DNA from: Octopus sinensis
Taxonomy: Eukaryota
Assembly (NCBI RefSeq): GCF_006345805.1
Contig: NC_043002.1
Location: forward strand, 107,260,001 to 107,324,000
Reading direction: 5' to 3'
DNA length: 64,000 nucleotides
Part shown: positions 51,603-62,774 of the stretch, one piece after another
Position numbering within the stretch: the first letter of the stretch is position 1
Layout of the letters: each line of letters begins with the position of its first letter
The notes under the pieces: generated by a model
The model's input: only the letters and a program-made list of their open reading frames with translations
What the model was told of the DNA's origin: nothing
Databases searched by the model: none
Position numbers and translations under genes: made by a program

Positions 51603-52298
51603 CTATATATATTATATAGTATATAATGTATATATATATATATAGTTATATATATATATATGTGTATATATATATAATATATGTATATATATATATATAT
51701 GTATATATATACTATATATAGATGTGTATATATATATTATATGTGTGTATATATATATATAATGTATGTATATATATATATATGTTATCATATATATATG
51801 TATATATATATATGTAATATGTATATAATATCTATGTATATATCTAGTATAGTATATATTAATATAAATATATGTGTGTATATATATATAATTGTATATG
51901 TAATATATATATATATATATGTATATATAATATATATATCTATCTATATATGTATATAATATATATATATTATATATATATATATATAGGTATATATATA
52001 TATATTATATATATCTATATATCTCTGTATATATTCTATATATCTATAATATATATGTATATATATATGTATATTATGTCTATCTATCTGTAATATATAT
52101 GTCTATATGTATATATAATGTTATATATATAGATCTCTCAATGTATATATCTATATATGGAATATCTATATGTATATATCTATATATATCTGTATATATA
52201 TATATATATATATTGTTATATATATATATCTATATGTATATATATATATCGTATATATATAGATATAATATATATATATATATATATATATTATATCT

Positions 52299-52329
<31 letters not shown>

Positions 52330-52420
52330 TCTGTATATATTATATAGTATATGTATATATCTATATATATATAGTATTATATATTAATATATCTGTAGCT
52401 ATATATATATATATATCTAT

Positions 52421-52454
<34 letters not shown>

Positions 52455-52662
52455 TATGTCTATATAATATGTATTATATATATCTGTATATATATATATT
52501 ATATAAATGTATCTTATTATATATATATATATATATATATAGTATATCGATATTATTATAATATATATATATATATATATGTTATATATATGTATATATA
52601 TAGTGTATATATATATGTATATATATATCTATATATCTATATATATCTATCTATTATATATA

Positions 52663-52693
<31 letters not shown>

Positions 52694-53164
52694 GTATATA
52701 TATATGTATATATATGTATCTATATATGTATATATTATGATATAGATATATGTATATATATATAGTATCTATATATATTAATATATATCTAATATATATA
52801 TGTATATATATATGTATATATATATGTATATATATATATGTTATATAGTATATATATATATGTATATATATATATGTATATATATAGTATATATATATGT
52901 ATATATATATTATATATATAATATGTATATATATAGTATATATATATATGTATATATATATGATATATATGTGTTATATATATGTGTATATAATGTGTAT
53001 ATATATATGTATATATATATGTGTATATATATGTATTATATATGATATATATATATATATATATGTATAATATTATATATATATATATTATAATATATAT
53101 ATATATATATGATATATATCTATGTATATATATATATATAATATGTATATAGTATATATATATG

Positions 53165-53204
<40 letters not shown>

Positions 53205-53675
53205 TAGTGTATATATATATATATAATATATGTATATATATATACTATATCTATGTATATATATATATATATATATGTATTATATATATATTATATATAT
53301 ATATATATCTATATATATATGTATATATATATATATATATATATGTCTATATATATATATATATGTATATATATAATAAGTATGTATATATTATATTATA
53401 TAAATATATATATCTGTCTAATATTATATATATATAATGTATATATGTATATGTATATTATATGTATATATATATATGTATATATATATCTGTATATATA
53501 ATGTATATATGTATGTATATATATATGTATATATGTATATGTATATATGTATATGTATATATGTAGTATATATGTTATATATATATGTATCTGTATATAT
53601 GTATATGTATATATGTATATGTATATATATATATGTATATATATATATGTATATATATATATGTATATATATATA
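48760..53675. repeat. Very long imperfect (TA)n-rich microsatellite (core about 49370-53675)
   Basis: Direct inspection. Confidence 0.97.
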
Positions 53676-53880
53676 TCACCATCATCATCATTTAGCATTT
53701 GTATTTCATGCTGGAATGGGTTGAGTCGTTTGGCAGGACCCAGCGTGTCAGAGGACTGTGTGAAAGTGTGTCTGCTTTGGCCTGGTTTCTACACCTGGGT
53801 GCTCTCCCTAATGTCAAGTACTTTATAGAATGTATTGAGTACTTTCTTGTGTCACTGCTACTAGTGAGGTGTCCAAGTAA
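53676..53880 (-). mobile_element. Degenerate RTE 3' UTR copy with a purine-rich body
   Basis: (CAT)n-TTTAGC...TTTCATGCTGGAATGGGTTG. Confidence 0.6.
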
Positions 53881-54668
53881 CAGGCAAAGCATAATGGCCC
53901 CGAGACAGAGTGAAGATGCTGTGTTGAGAGAGGTGGCTTTATGCCAGGTACTTAGAGGCAAATGTATGACAGAGGACTAGGAACAGGTGTCTTGTAGAAG
54001 AGATCCCAGGCTGCCCCACTTGGTAAAGGAGAGATGATGATAGTGGTGATATGTCAGGACATACACTTAAGATACAAGAGAGTGAATGTGAGGAGTAGGA
54101 GTACAAAGGAAGAGGTCAGGGGGATATGGGGCAGTGGCTCAGATGTGTGTGTGCATGTGTGTGATTCTTTCTTATTTCATACGCACAGAATGTAGACATC
54201 TGTTAGCCTCCTGTGGTATGCTGCCTTTGTATGTTTAAACAGCACATGTTTACATTCAAATGTTTATAAAGTCCAGGTTGGAATGAGACAATAATTAACA
54301 CAGAGAAAAGTAGCGATTTTCAACTGCAGCTGTGTTGTAAAAGTAGTGTTGTTAGAAAGGTGTTTAGGAAGTCAGTGACACAATTCCTATGTCTGTGTCA
54401 TATTACAAGTTCTTTTGAGTTGCATGTGTAATGTCAATAGGATTTATTTAAAGAAAATCAGAATCAACATTCTTGGTCAATAACTTGATGGAATAGAGAT
54501 ATGGCAGATTGATGTCTCATTCAACTGTAAAGTATCTTCTTGTATTCCATGTGGCTGTAAAAACTGATTGTTGCTCTGCCTGGCTTAAGTACAGTTTTGT
54601 AGAAAAAAACCTTGACTAATTTGTATATTATTTGCCACTCCATCAATCACTTCCCTTCTTTTCAACAG

Positions 54669-54793
54669 CAACAATACAAGGACTCTTTTGATATCATCAT
54701 CTGCTCCCAATGTGGCTGGGGTTCTGTTCCTTTCTGGACTGATGAGACTTGTGCAAACATGTTCACATTTTTCAATCTGTTTGTTGACAATCT
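54669..54793 (+). CDS. Candidate exon of an unidentified gene (reading frame ambiguous)
   Basis: Acceptor TCACTTCCCTTCTTTTCAACAG|, donor |GTAACA. Two open frames: QQYKDSFDIIICSQCGWGSVPFWTDETC... or NNTRTLLISSSAPNVAGVLF... Confidence 0.4.
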
Positions 54794-55257
54794 GTAACAG
54801 TGAAGTATTGTTTCCATTCTGAATTGAATGTCTTTGATTATTTACAGACAGTGATACATGTTTAGCGCTCAGAGAATGGATTACTGAATGTTCCTCTTCT
54901 TTGATGCAAACAGAAAGTGAAGCAGGGATTGTTAGTGTAATAACAAAAGCTTAATTATCACTCCAAGTTCAAATATGTGCTGTGTTGTCACAGAGAGATC
55001 ATGTTTAGTGAAGAAAATTGTGCATTGCAGATAATTAATGACAAACTTGTGTGTACACACACACACACACACACACACACACTTAATGGAAAAAAATTTG
55101 GAGAAATAGAATCCATTACATGACCTTATATATGTTGTTATCAACAGAAAATTCTGGAAGTGCTTCAAGGGCTGAGAGTTTCCTACAGGACACTGTATAA
55201 CACACAAAATTCTGAGCCCTTCAGTCACTTTCACAACTTTCTGATGATAAAATACAC

Positions 55258-55605
55258 ACATCATCATCATCATCATCATCATCGTTTAATGTCCGCTTTC
55301 CATGCTAGCATGGGTTGGACGGTTTGACCGGGGTCTGGGAAACCAGGAGGCTGCACCTGGCCCAGTCTGATCTGGCAGTGTTTCTACAGCTTGATGCCCT
55401 TCCTAACGCCAACCACTCCGTGAATGTAGTGGGTGCTTTTTACGTGCCAGGCGAGGCTGGCAACAGCCACGATCGGTTGGTGCTTTTTACGTGCCACCAG
55501 GACGGAGGCCAGTCAAGGCGGTGCTGGCAACGGCCACATTCAGATGGTTCTTTTACATGCCACTGGCATTGGTATCACAACTACAATTTCCATTGATTTT
55601 TGATC
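55258..55605 (-). mobile_element. RTE 3' UTR copy (family A)
   Basis: Diagnostic motifs. Confidence 0.9.
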
Positions 55606-55689
55606 GATGTATAAAAGGTCTTAAGCACAGCTTTTTCTGTGTTCCATTCATATTGCACATCCAATGGAAAGCAGCAAGTGGGCAGAATG

Positions 55690-55880
55690 ATTAACATGCC
55701 AGGCAAAATGCTTAGCAGCTTTTCATCTATCTTCATGGTTTGAATTCAAATTCAGTCAAGGTTGACTTAGCCTTTCATCCTTTTGGGGTTGATAAAATAA
55801 TTATCAGTTGAGCACTGGAGTCAGTGTAATCATCTTACCCTCTCCCTCGAAAATACTGACCCTGTGCCAAAGTTTGAAAC
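55690..55880 (+). mobile_element. Family D SINE, degenerate
   Basis: GGTTGACTTAGCCTTTCATCCTTTTGGGGTTGATAAAATAA core. Confidence 0.75.
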
Positions 55881-55926
55881 CAATTCTATACATCCAATGG
55901 AACATGCTTACTTTATTTCTTTGCAG

Positions 55927-55946
55927 TATTTGTAAATCCTCTGCAT
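55927..55946 (+). CDS. Candidate 20-nt microexon
   Basis: Acceptor TACTTTATTTCTTTGCAG|, donor |GTAATG. Phase-compatible with its neighbours. Confidence 0.35.
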
Positions 55947-56057
55947 GTAATGCCCTTGTACAATCTGCCCCCCCGTACCAGGAGAGAGAGAATGGGGGAG
56001 GGCGGAGATTGAGAGAGAGAGAGAGAGAGAGCAGGAGAATCCCTTTGATGTTGACAG

Positions 56058-56146
56058 ATGTTCCAGCTCACTCAGCAATTCTTACTTTGTTTACTTTGGC
56101 TTTTGATTCACTCATTTTCACATCCAATTATATCACCTTCATTGCA
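56058..56146 (+). CDS. Candidate exon (hydrophobic; frame ambiguous)
   Basis: TTGACAG| acceptor, weak |GTAGTT donor. Reads VPAHSAILTLFTLAFDSLIFTSNYITFIA or MFQLTQQFLLCLLWLLIHSFSHPIISPSL. Confidence 0.3.
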
Positions 56147-56265
56147 GTAGTTAACAAGTGTTTGTTATGAGCATTTGACAGAATGCTTGTAGAAACGGTT
56201 GCCCTTACTGCTACTGATGATAAATACACATATGAACTTCTTTCCTTTAACACCTTAAAATATAG

Positions 56266-56369
56266 GATCTCTTCTCTGAAGATGGAGGTTCGTCTCATCC
56301 TATGATGGAATCAATCTACAAGCATTATTTTGGACCGCTCCGAGCCTCCAGAAAACAACTGTTGGATTT
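56266..56369 (+). CDS. Candidate exon DLFSEDGGSSHPMMESIYKHYFGPLRASRKQLLD
   Basis: Pyrimidine-rich stretch and ATAG| acceptor, |GTAATT donor. Only one open frame; ends in phase 2. Confidence 0.55.
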
Positions 56370-56471
56370 GTAATTCTTTTCTTCAAGCCCTTTAATCCCC
56401 TGTGTCATTTCTATTCTGTGCAAGTCAGGCTTTTTGTATGTAAACATTACATCTTTGTATTTCATGTATAG

Positions 56472-56501
56472 ATACACACGTGTTATTGTGTGCTGTGTGG
56501 T
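56472..56501 (+). CDS. Candidate 30-nt exon YTRVIVCCV
   Basis: CTTTGTATTTCATGTATAG| acceptor, |GTATGT donor. Phase 2-2. Confidence 0.4.
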
Positions 56502-56512
56502 GTATGTGTGTG

Positions 56513-56540
<28 letters not shown>

Positions 56541-56546
<6 letters not shown>

Positions 56547-56889
56547 AATAGTAAAGAGTGAAAAAACGACAGAAGGCTTAAGTGTTAAAAAATATATATA
56601 TTTGCGTCAATATGTCTGAAGAATATTAGAATATTTAAAAAAAAAATTTTTTTCTCTAAAATGACATAATTTTAAAGAAAGACCGGTTTCGCGTGTAGCT
56701 TTTCAAATTTCTTGTGACGTTATGAAAAGCTACACACGCGAACCGGTCTTTCTTTAAAATTATGTCATTTTAAGAGAAAAAAATTTTTTAAAAAAATTTT
56801 CTAATATTCTTCAGACATATTGACGCAAATATATATATTTTTTAACACTTAAGCCTTCTGTCGTTTTTTCACTCTTTACTATTTTCTAT
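56541..56889. repeat. Near-perfect fold-back inverted repeat, arms about 165 bp, 17-nt spacer
   Basis: Arms match along their length. Each arm carries TGAAAA-GC TACAC(AC) GC-GAA(A)CCGGTC-TTTCT at the apex. Confidence 0.97.
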
Positions 56890-56926
56890 ATATTCACCCA
56901 TGTGCTTTCACAAACCAACTTTCTTA

Positions 56927-56967
<41 letters not shown>

Positions 56968-56972
<5 letters not shown>

Positions 56973-57179
56973 CTCTTTACTCTTTTACTTGTTTCAGTCA
57001 TTTGACTGCAGCCATACTGGAGCACCGTCTTTAATCGAGCAACTCGACCCCCAGACTTATTCTTTTGTAAGCCCAGTACTTATTCTATCAGTCTCTTTTG
57101 CCGAACCGCAAAGTAACGGGGACGTAAACACACCAGCATCGGTTGTCAAGCAATGCTAGGGGGACAAACACAGACGCAA

Positions 57180-57210
<31 letters not shown>

Positions 57211-57370
57211 CGACGGGTTTCTTTCAGTTTCCGTCTACCAAATCCACTCACAAGGCATTGGTCGGAACGAGGCTATAGTAGAAGACACTTGCCCAAGGTG
57301 CCACGCAGTGGGACTGAACCCGGAACCATGTGGCTGGTAAACAAGCTACTTACCACACAGCCACTCCTAT
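56968..57370 (-). mobile_element. tRNA/CORE-type SINE (family B, tail 1)
   Basis: Full-length. Confidence 0.9.
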
Positions 57371-57444
57371 ATATAAAGAAAATTTAGAAAATTGAGATGT
57401 AGCACTAATATAATTTATTAACAGCAAAAATTCAACATATTGTC

Positions 57445-57534
57445 TACAGCTGTTTCAATTTAGCCTAAAAGATTAAATTACAATAACAATAATAATTGTA
57501 ATTGAATCTTTTAGGCTTAATTGAAACAGCTGTA
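57445..57534. repeat. Hairpin with 40-bp arms ending in GAAACAGCTGTA
   Basis: TACAGCTGTTTCAATTTAGCCTAAAAGATTAAATTACAAT and its reverse complement, 2 mismatches, 10-nt loop. Confidence 0.95.
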
Positions 57535-57641
57535 AGAGAATACTAGGCAATGAACCAGTAATTCATTGGATATTATTATTCCTTAATGAGGCTATTTAAA
57601 CTCTAATTAAATGTATGTGTGTGTGTTTGCTTATCCAGTAG

Positions 57642-57725
57642 GTTGGCATCATTCAGGAACCAAAATGAAGCAAAGTGCAGTGATCAGTCATATATAACAA
57701 CATTCAGTAGACTGGTCAATGTGAT
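57642..57725 (+). CDS. Candidate 84-nt exon LASFRNQNEAKCSDQSYITTFSRLVNV
   Basis: CCAGTAG| NAGNAG acceptor, |GTATGT donor. Only one open frame; phase 2-2. Confidence 0.6.
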
Positions 57726-57831
57726 GTATGTATGGAAAAACAGACATAAAATTAAGGCCTTCTAGTTTAGGGGGCTTTGTTGCCTCTATATAAATATTTT
57801 ATATCCATTTTACCATATTTACACACATGTA

Positions 57832-58270
57832 GGCGCAGGAGTGGCTCTGTGGTAAGTAGCTTGCTAACCAACCACATGGTTCCGGGTTCAGTCCCACTGT
57901 GTGGCATCTTGGGCAAGTGTCTTCTGCTATAGTCCCGGGCCGACCAATGCCTTGTGAGTGGATTTGGTAGACGGAAACTGAAAGAAGCCTGTCGTATATA
58001 TGTATATATATATATATATATATAGTATATATATATATATAATATATATATGTGTGTGTATGTGTTTGTGTGTCTGTGTTTGACCCCCTAGCATTGCTTG
58101 ACAACCAATGCTGGTGTGGTTACGTCCCTGTCACTTAGCAGTTCGGCAAAAGAGACCGATAGAATAAGTACTGGGCTTACAAAGAATAAGTCCTGGGGTC
58201 GATTTGCTCGACTAAAAGGCGGTGCTCCAGCATGGCCGCAGTCAAATGACTGAAACAAGTAAAAGAGTAA
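57832..58270 (+). mobile_element. tRNA/CORE-type SINE (family B, tail 1)
   Basis: Full-length; inverted relative to 56968-57370. Confidence 0.9.
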
Positions 58271-58944
58271 AAAGAGAGTATGTGCACACACACAGTGTTC
58301 ATATACATACATGTGTATATACACACACATATGCACACACACACACACATACTGACACTCATGCACATGCACTCACAGTCTGCATACACCCACATAGTCA
58401 TTCACCCCATTACATTTATATATGCCAAACACTGTAGAGTAGGTGTGAGCTAAAAATGAAGTCAACTTTATTACTTTATTTTCTGGTCGAGTTTCTCTTT
58501 GACTTGTATGTCATTATCTAATGTGACCTTTCTAATAAAAAAGTATCATTGTTAAACTGAGATCAATCCTGTTCAACCAGATGAGTGACCAGTTGTTGTT
58601 TAAGCCATGATTGTCTTATACAAGCGACCAGTTTAAGCTATGACTATCTTTTAATTTTTTTGCATCCACTACCATTATATCCAACAATTCTTTCTCTTTT
58701 TTAAAAACTAGATTGCAAAGTTTGGCTGTTATTTCTAGCTGATCAAGTGAGTGGATTGAGATTGTCTTGGTTATTGTTGTGTTGGCACTGATCAAATAGA
58801 TTCTATGACCAAAGATAGTCTAATTATAATCATTCTATCATTCCATCTATATATGTGTATATCTATCTTAATTATTAATTTAATTATACCTTTATCTATC
58901 TGTCTATTGAGCTATCTATTTATTGTTTTCTATCTAACTACTGA

Positions 58945-58977
<33 letters not shown>

Positions 58978-59039
58978 ATCAGTCTTTCTGTCTTCTATCT
59001 ATATATCTATCTAATTATCTTTCTTCATATTTTTCGTAG

Positions 59040-59104
59040 ATTCAATGATGCAGCATCAAGTGGATTAGCTGTAACTACTATATGGATAATCTCTCATGGC
59101 TTAA
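59040..59104 (+). CDS. Candidate 65-nt exon FNDAASSGLAVTTIWIISHGL
   Basis: Long pyrimidine tract TCTTTCTTCATATTTTTCGTAG|, donor |GTATGT. Only one open frame; phase 2-1. Confidence 0.65.
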
Positions 59105-59454
59105 GTATGTAATCCAATTTTTCCCTTGGTTACTTATGTAGACCAACAATCAATTGACTTATTTGTTCACTCAATTTATATTCTCACTTGATCAATTGAT
59201 CAGCTTTCCTTTCAGAATTTAGCAAAGATATTGCACTGTGAGTGCCTTTGGGTGTTATCTTTGATGGAACCACCTTACAGGCCAAGTGGTCAAGCCAGCT
59301 TGATGATGACATACCATATTAGAAAACCAGTTCATAATTTCTCATTGCTTATCTTCTGCTAGCATTTATTTATACTGCTTTAGGCAAGACACTTGGTTCA
59401 CCTAGATCTGCTGATATATATGTATATACATACATACATTCTATATATGTATAT

Positions 59455-59493
59455 CATCATCATCATCGTTTAACGTCCGCTTTCCATGCTAGC
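59455..59493 (-). mobile_element. Extremely truncated RTE tail (about 40 bp)
   Basis: CATCATCGTTTAACGTCCGCTTTCCATGCTAGCAT only. Confidence 0.75.
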
Positions 59494-59557
59494 ATATATG
59501 TCGAGAGTAAAGGAATTTTGTTAACATCTTCGTTCGACTCCATTCTTTCATTTATTC

Positions 59558-59620
<63 letters not shown>

Positions 59621-60168
59621 CAATTGATATAAATGCTATATGGTTGGTTTGTTGGTTGATTTCTTCTGTCACATTTTACATCCTAAAGAGATTGGGGGTG
59701 GGAGAGAGTAAAGGAAAGATACAGAGAAAGTTAACACGAGAGATACAGGATAAGTGTCTCTTATAACTTACTGAAAAATATAGATTTGTGTATATTTATA
59801 TAATTTTTTTTTGTGGGGGGTATATAGCAATTATGTTGATAAAATTTAGAAAAATAATGTTTATTGCAAATATACAAATGAAAGCCTTGTTTTCTTTAAT
59901 TCTGTTTTAAGATAATAAGTATTTTTCTTTTGAAAACTAGTATTCATTTCCTCATTTTGTATAAACATTAAGAGATTTGATTAAATTTAAATTGCAATTA
60001 TTGTATGTATGGTGTATTTCCTGGTGTTACTCATGGTGGCAAAAATATACTTCCAAAGTTAACTATAAGAATGACTGGTAACACTCGTGTGTGTGTGTGT
60101 TTGTATAAAGTAGCAGGTTATCACTTGTATATGTGTTTGATACACCATAATTTCACTAATTGTTTTAG

Positions 60169-60190
60169 GTGCTTATGTCATGATGAGCAG
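60169..60190 (+). CDS. Candidate 22-nt microexon (S)AYVMMS(R)
   Basis: Branch-like CACTAAT, TTGTTTTAG| acceptor, CAG|GTAAAG donor. Phase 1-2. Confidence 0.6.
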
Positions 60191-60547
60191 GTAAAGGACC
60201 CTCCTGACTAACTAAGTAAAACATCTGGGATATAACTACTAGAGGGCAAAAGAGGGCTGCAACCAGTACCAGGCTGGTACAGATTACCAGTTGAGTGGAC
60301 AAGGGCTACATGAAAAGAAATGTTTTGTTGAAGAACACAAGAGTGGTACTTGGTCTAAGAATCAAACCTTATGTTCGTTTAGGTCAAAGAGAGAGAGATT
60401 TTTGTAAAATTTATTAGAATTCTTAAGCTAAAATAATTATGATAGATTGTAATATCGTCAAAGAGGCAGTTATGTACTTAGGTTTTCAAAGAAATCAGAA
60501 TGATGTATTTCCTATGTAGAATTTTTTTTCATAATACACGTGAGTGT

Positions 60548-60955
60548 ATGCAGGTATAGCTGTGTGGTAAGAAGCTTGCCTCCAAACCACATTGATCTGG
60601 GTTCAGTTACACTGTGCAGCACCTTGGGTAAGTGTCTCCTACTGTTGCCTTGGCTAACAAAAGTCTTGTGAGTGGATTTGGTAGGTGGAAACTGGAAGAA
60701 GCCTGTTGTGTATTTATATATATATATATGTATATGTATATACAAGGCGAGCTGACAGAAACATTAGCATACCGGGAAAATGCTTAACAGTATTTTGTCT
60801 TTCTTTATGTTCTGAGTTCTAATTCCGCCGAGATTGACTTTGCCTTTCATCCTTTCGGGGTTGATAAATTAAGTATCAGTTGCATACTGGGGTTGATCTA
60901 ATCAACTGGTCCCCTCCCTAAAAATTTCAGGCCTTGTACTAGAGTAACAAAAGAA
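60548..60955 (+). mobile_element. Family B head followed by a full family D SINE (60744-60955)
   Basis: Diagnostic motifs of both families. Confidence 0.8.
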
Positions 60956-60972
60956 CACACATATATATATAT

Positions 60973-61014
<42 letters not shown>

Positions 61015-61089
61015 CTGTCACCTCTGCCACTATCTGGCAATACAGACACATATCTATATATATATATATATAAACATATATATATATAT

Positions 61090-61279
61090 ATCTGACGGGC
61101 TTCTTTCAGTTTCTGTCTAGCAAATCCTCTCACATGGCTTTGGTTGGCCCAAGGCTATAGTAGAAGACACTTGCCAAGGTGCCACGCAGTGGGACTGAAT
61201 CCGGAACCATGTGGTTGGGAAGCAAGCTTCTTACCGTACAGCCACTCCTACACATATGTATATATATATATATAATATA

Positions 61280-61320
<41 letters not shown>

Positions 61321-61550
61321 ATGTGTTTGTATGTCTCTTTGTATGTGTGTTTGTCTATCACCAATACTTAACGACTGGTGTTGACGTGTTTACATCCCTA
61401 TAACTTAGCAGTTCAACAGCAGAGACTAATAGAATAAGTACCAGGTTTAAAAAAAAGTACTGGGGTAGATTCATTTGACTAAAATTTCTTCAAGGCAGTG
61501 CTCCAGCATGACCACAGTCTAATAACTGAAACAAGTAAAAGATAAAAGCT
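61090..61550. mobile_element. Family B head (minus strand) and tail (plus strand) separated by (TA)n
   Basis: Head at 61090-61252 is reversed relative to the tail at 61320-61550. Confidence 0.7.
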
Positions 61551-61976
61551 AAATATCTGTTGGTTTTGCTTAGCCTGAAATCATGTCTGTAACTGGAGAC
61601 ATTCCAGTGATGACCATCATTCCTTTCTGTGTGTATAGAGCTAAATTGTCCAATCATCTTTTAAGAAGGTACAAATGACTTGAGGGAGCTTTGGCTGCTG
61701 TGTGAATATGGTACCTAGTGGTTGTTTTAAGCTTTATATCAGCAAATATATGAAAGTCTGTGCCTTCGCTGATGAGGAAAGAATAAGACTGGAAACATGC
61801 TCTGAGTTGCTTCCCATCCCTACTGAAATAATTAATACAATATTAGTCATTATCTAACATTACTTTTGTCCAATGGTTTCTAATTTAGTTTTTATTAATC
61901 TCTGCATGAAATACATTAATGATATGACCTTAATGATCACATTTATAAAATCTTTTTTGTATGTCTTCTGTTAAAG

Positions 61977-61995
61977 ACAAGTTAGGATTCGGACA
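61977..61995 (+). CDS. Candidate 19-nt microexon QVRIRT
   Basis: CTTTTTTGTATGTCTTCTGTTAAAG| acceptor, |GTATGT donor. Phase 2-0. Confidence 0.45.
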
Positions 61996-62089
61996 GTATG
62001 TGTGTATATGTGTGTGCACATTTGCTCACATGCCTAGCATGCATCAAAGATACATTATTGTTTATAAATGTATATGTGTTTCTATACAT

Positions 62090-62610
62090 ATCATCATCAT
62101 CGTTTAATGTCCATTTTCCATGCTGGCATGGTTTGGATAGTTTGACTGAGGACTGGTGAGCCAGGAAGCTTCACTAGGCTCCCATCTGATTTGACAAGGT
62201 TTCTACAGCTGGATGCCCTTCCTAATGCCAACCACTCCAAGAGTGAAGTGGGTGCTTTTTATATACCACCAGCACGAGGGCCAATAAGGTGGCCCTAGTA
62301 ACTATCATACTTGGATGGTGCTTTTTATGTGCCACCGACACAGGAGCCAGTCAGGCGGCACTGGCATCAACCACGCTTGGATGGTGTTTTTTACGTGCCA
62401 CTGGCACAGGAGCCAGTCAGGCGACAGGCATGGACCACGTTTGGATGGTGCTTTTTACGTGCCACCGGCACAGGATCAGTCAGGTAGCACTGGTATCGAT
62501 CATGCTTGGATGGTGCTATTTACGTGCCACCGGCACAGGACCAGTTAGGTTGCACTGGTATTGATTGCATTCAAATGGTGCCTTTTATGTGCCACTGGCA
62601 CAGGAGCCAC
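62090..62610 (-). mobile_element. RTE 3' UTR copy with about 6 minisatellite units
   Basis: Repeated GGATGGTG(C/T)TTTTTA(C/T)GTGCC. Confidence 0.9.
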
Positions 62611-62774
62611 TCTGAAAACTGGTAAATGTGTGTGTGTGCTTTTATTTGTGTTTATAGCTGTATATGTTTTTTGTGTATTTGTATGTGTGCATGTGTGAGT
62701 GAGTCACGTGCCCATACTTGTAAATCGACTTGTATTCTCTGTGAAGAGATAGACATAAAAATAAGGTTTTGACT

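Noticed and set aside
49820-53698. Long YI/VC/HT/SL-rich ORFs in the track (also 5.1-5.5, 18.1-19.2, 42-43.7 and 62.7-63.5 kb)
   Set aside because: They are translations of microsatellites.
54189-54276. Two small exon candidates upstream of 54669
   Set aside because: The implied 27-nt intron is too short, and the first exon alone is phase-incompatible with the chain.
55927-56146. GPCR TM3-like resemblance (LICK...ILTLFTLAFD) in the joined peptide
   Set aside because: The Cys-to-Asp spacing is three residues short, there is no DRY motif, and there are too few downstream TM segments.
56276-56362. CTGAAGA-TGGAGG...CCTCCA-GAAA hammerhead-like match
   Set aside because: No valid UH site or stem I; it overlaps a better-supported exon candidate.
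61769-61800. CTGATGA...GAAACATG hammerhead candidate
   Set aside because: No stem II or stem I pairing, and no GUH site.
62270-62610. CRISPR-like repeat-spacer arrays (also 690-960, 32440-32660, 37530-37720, 44040-44465)
   Set aside because: The spacers are homologous to each other, the arrays are part of a LINE 3' UTR, there are no cas genes, and the context is eukaryotic.
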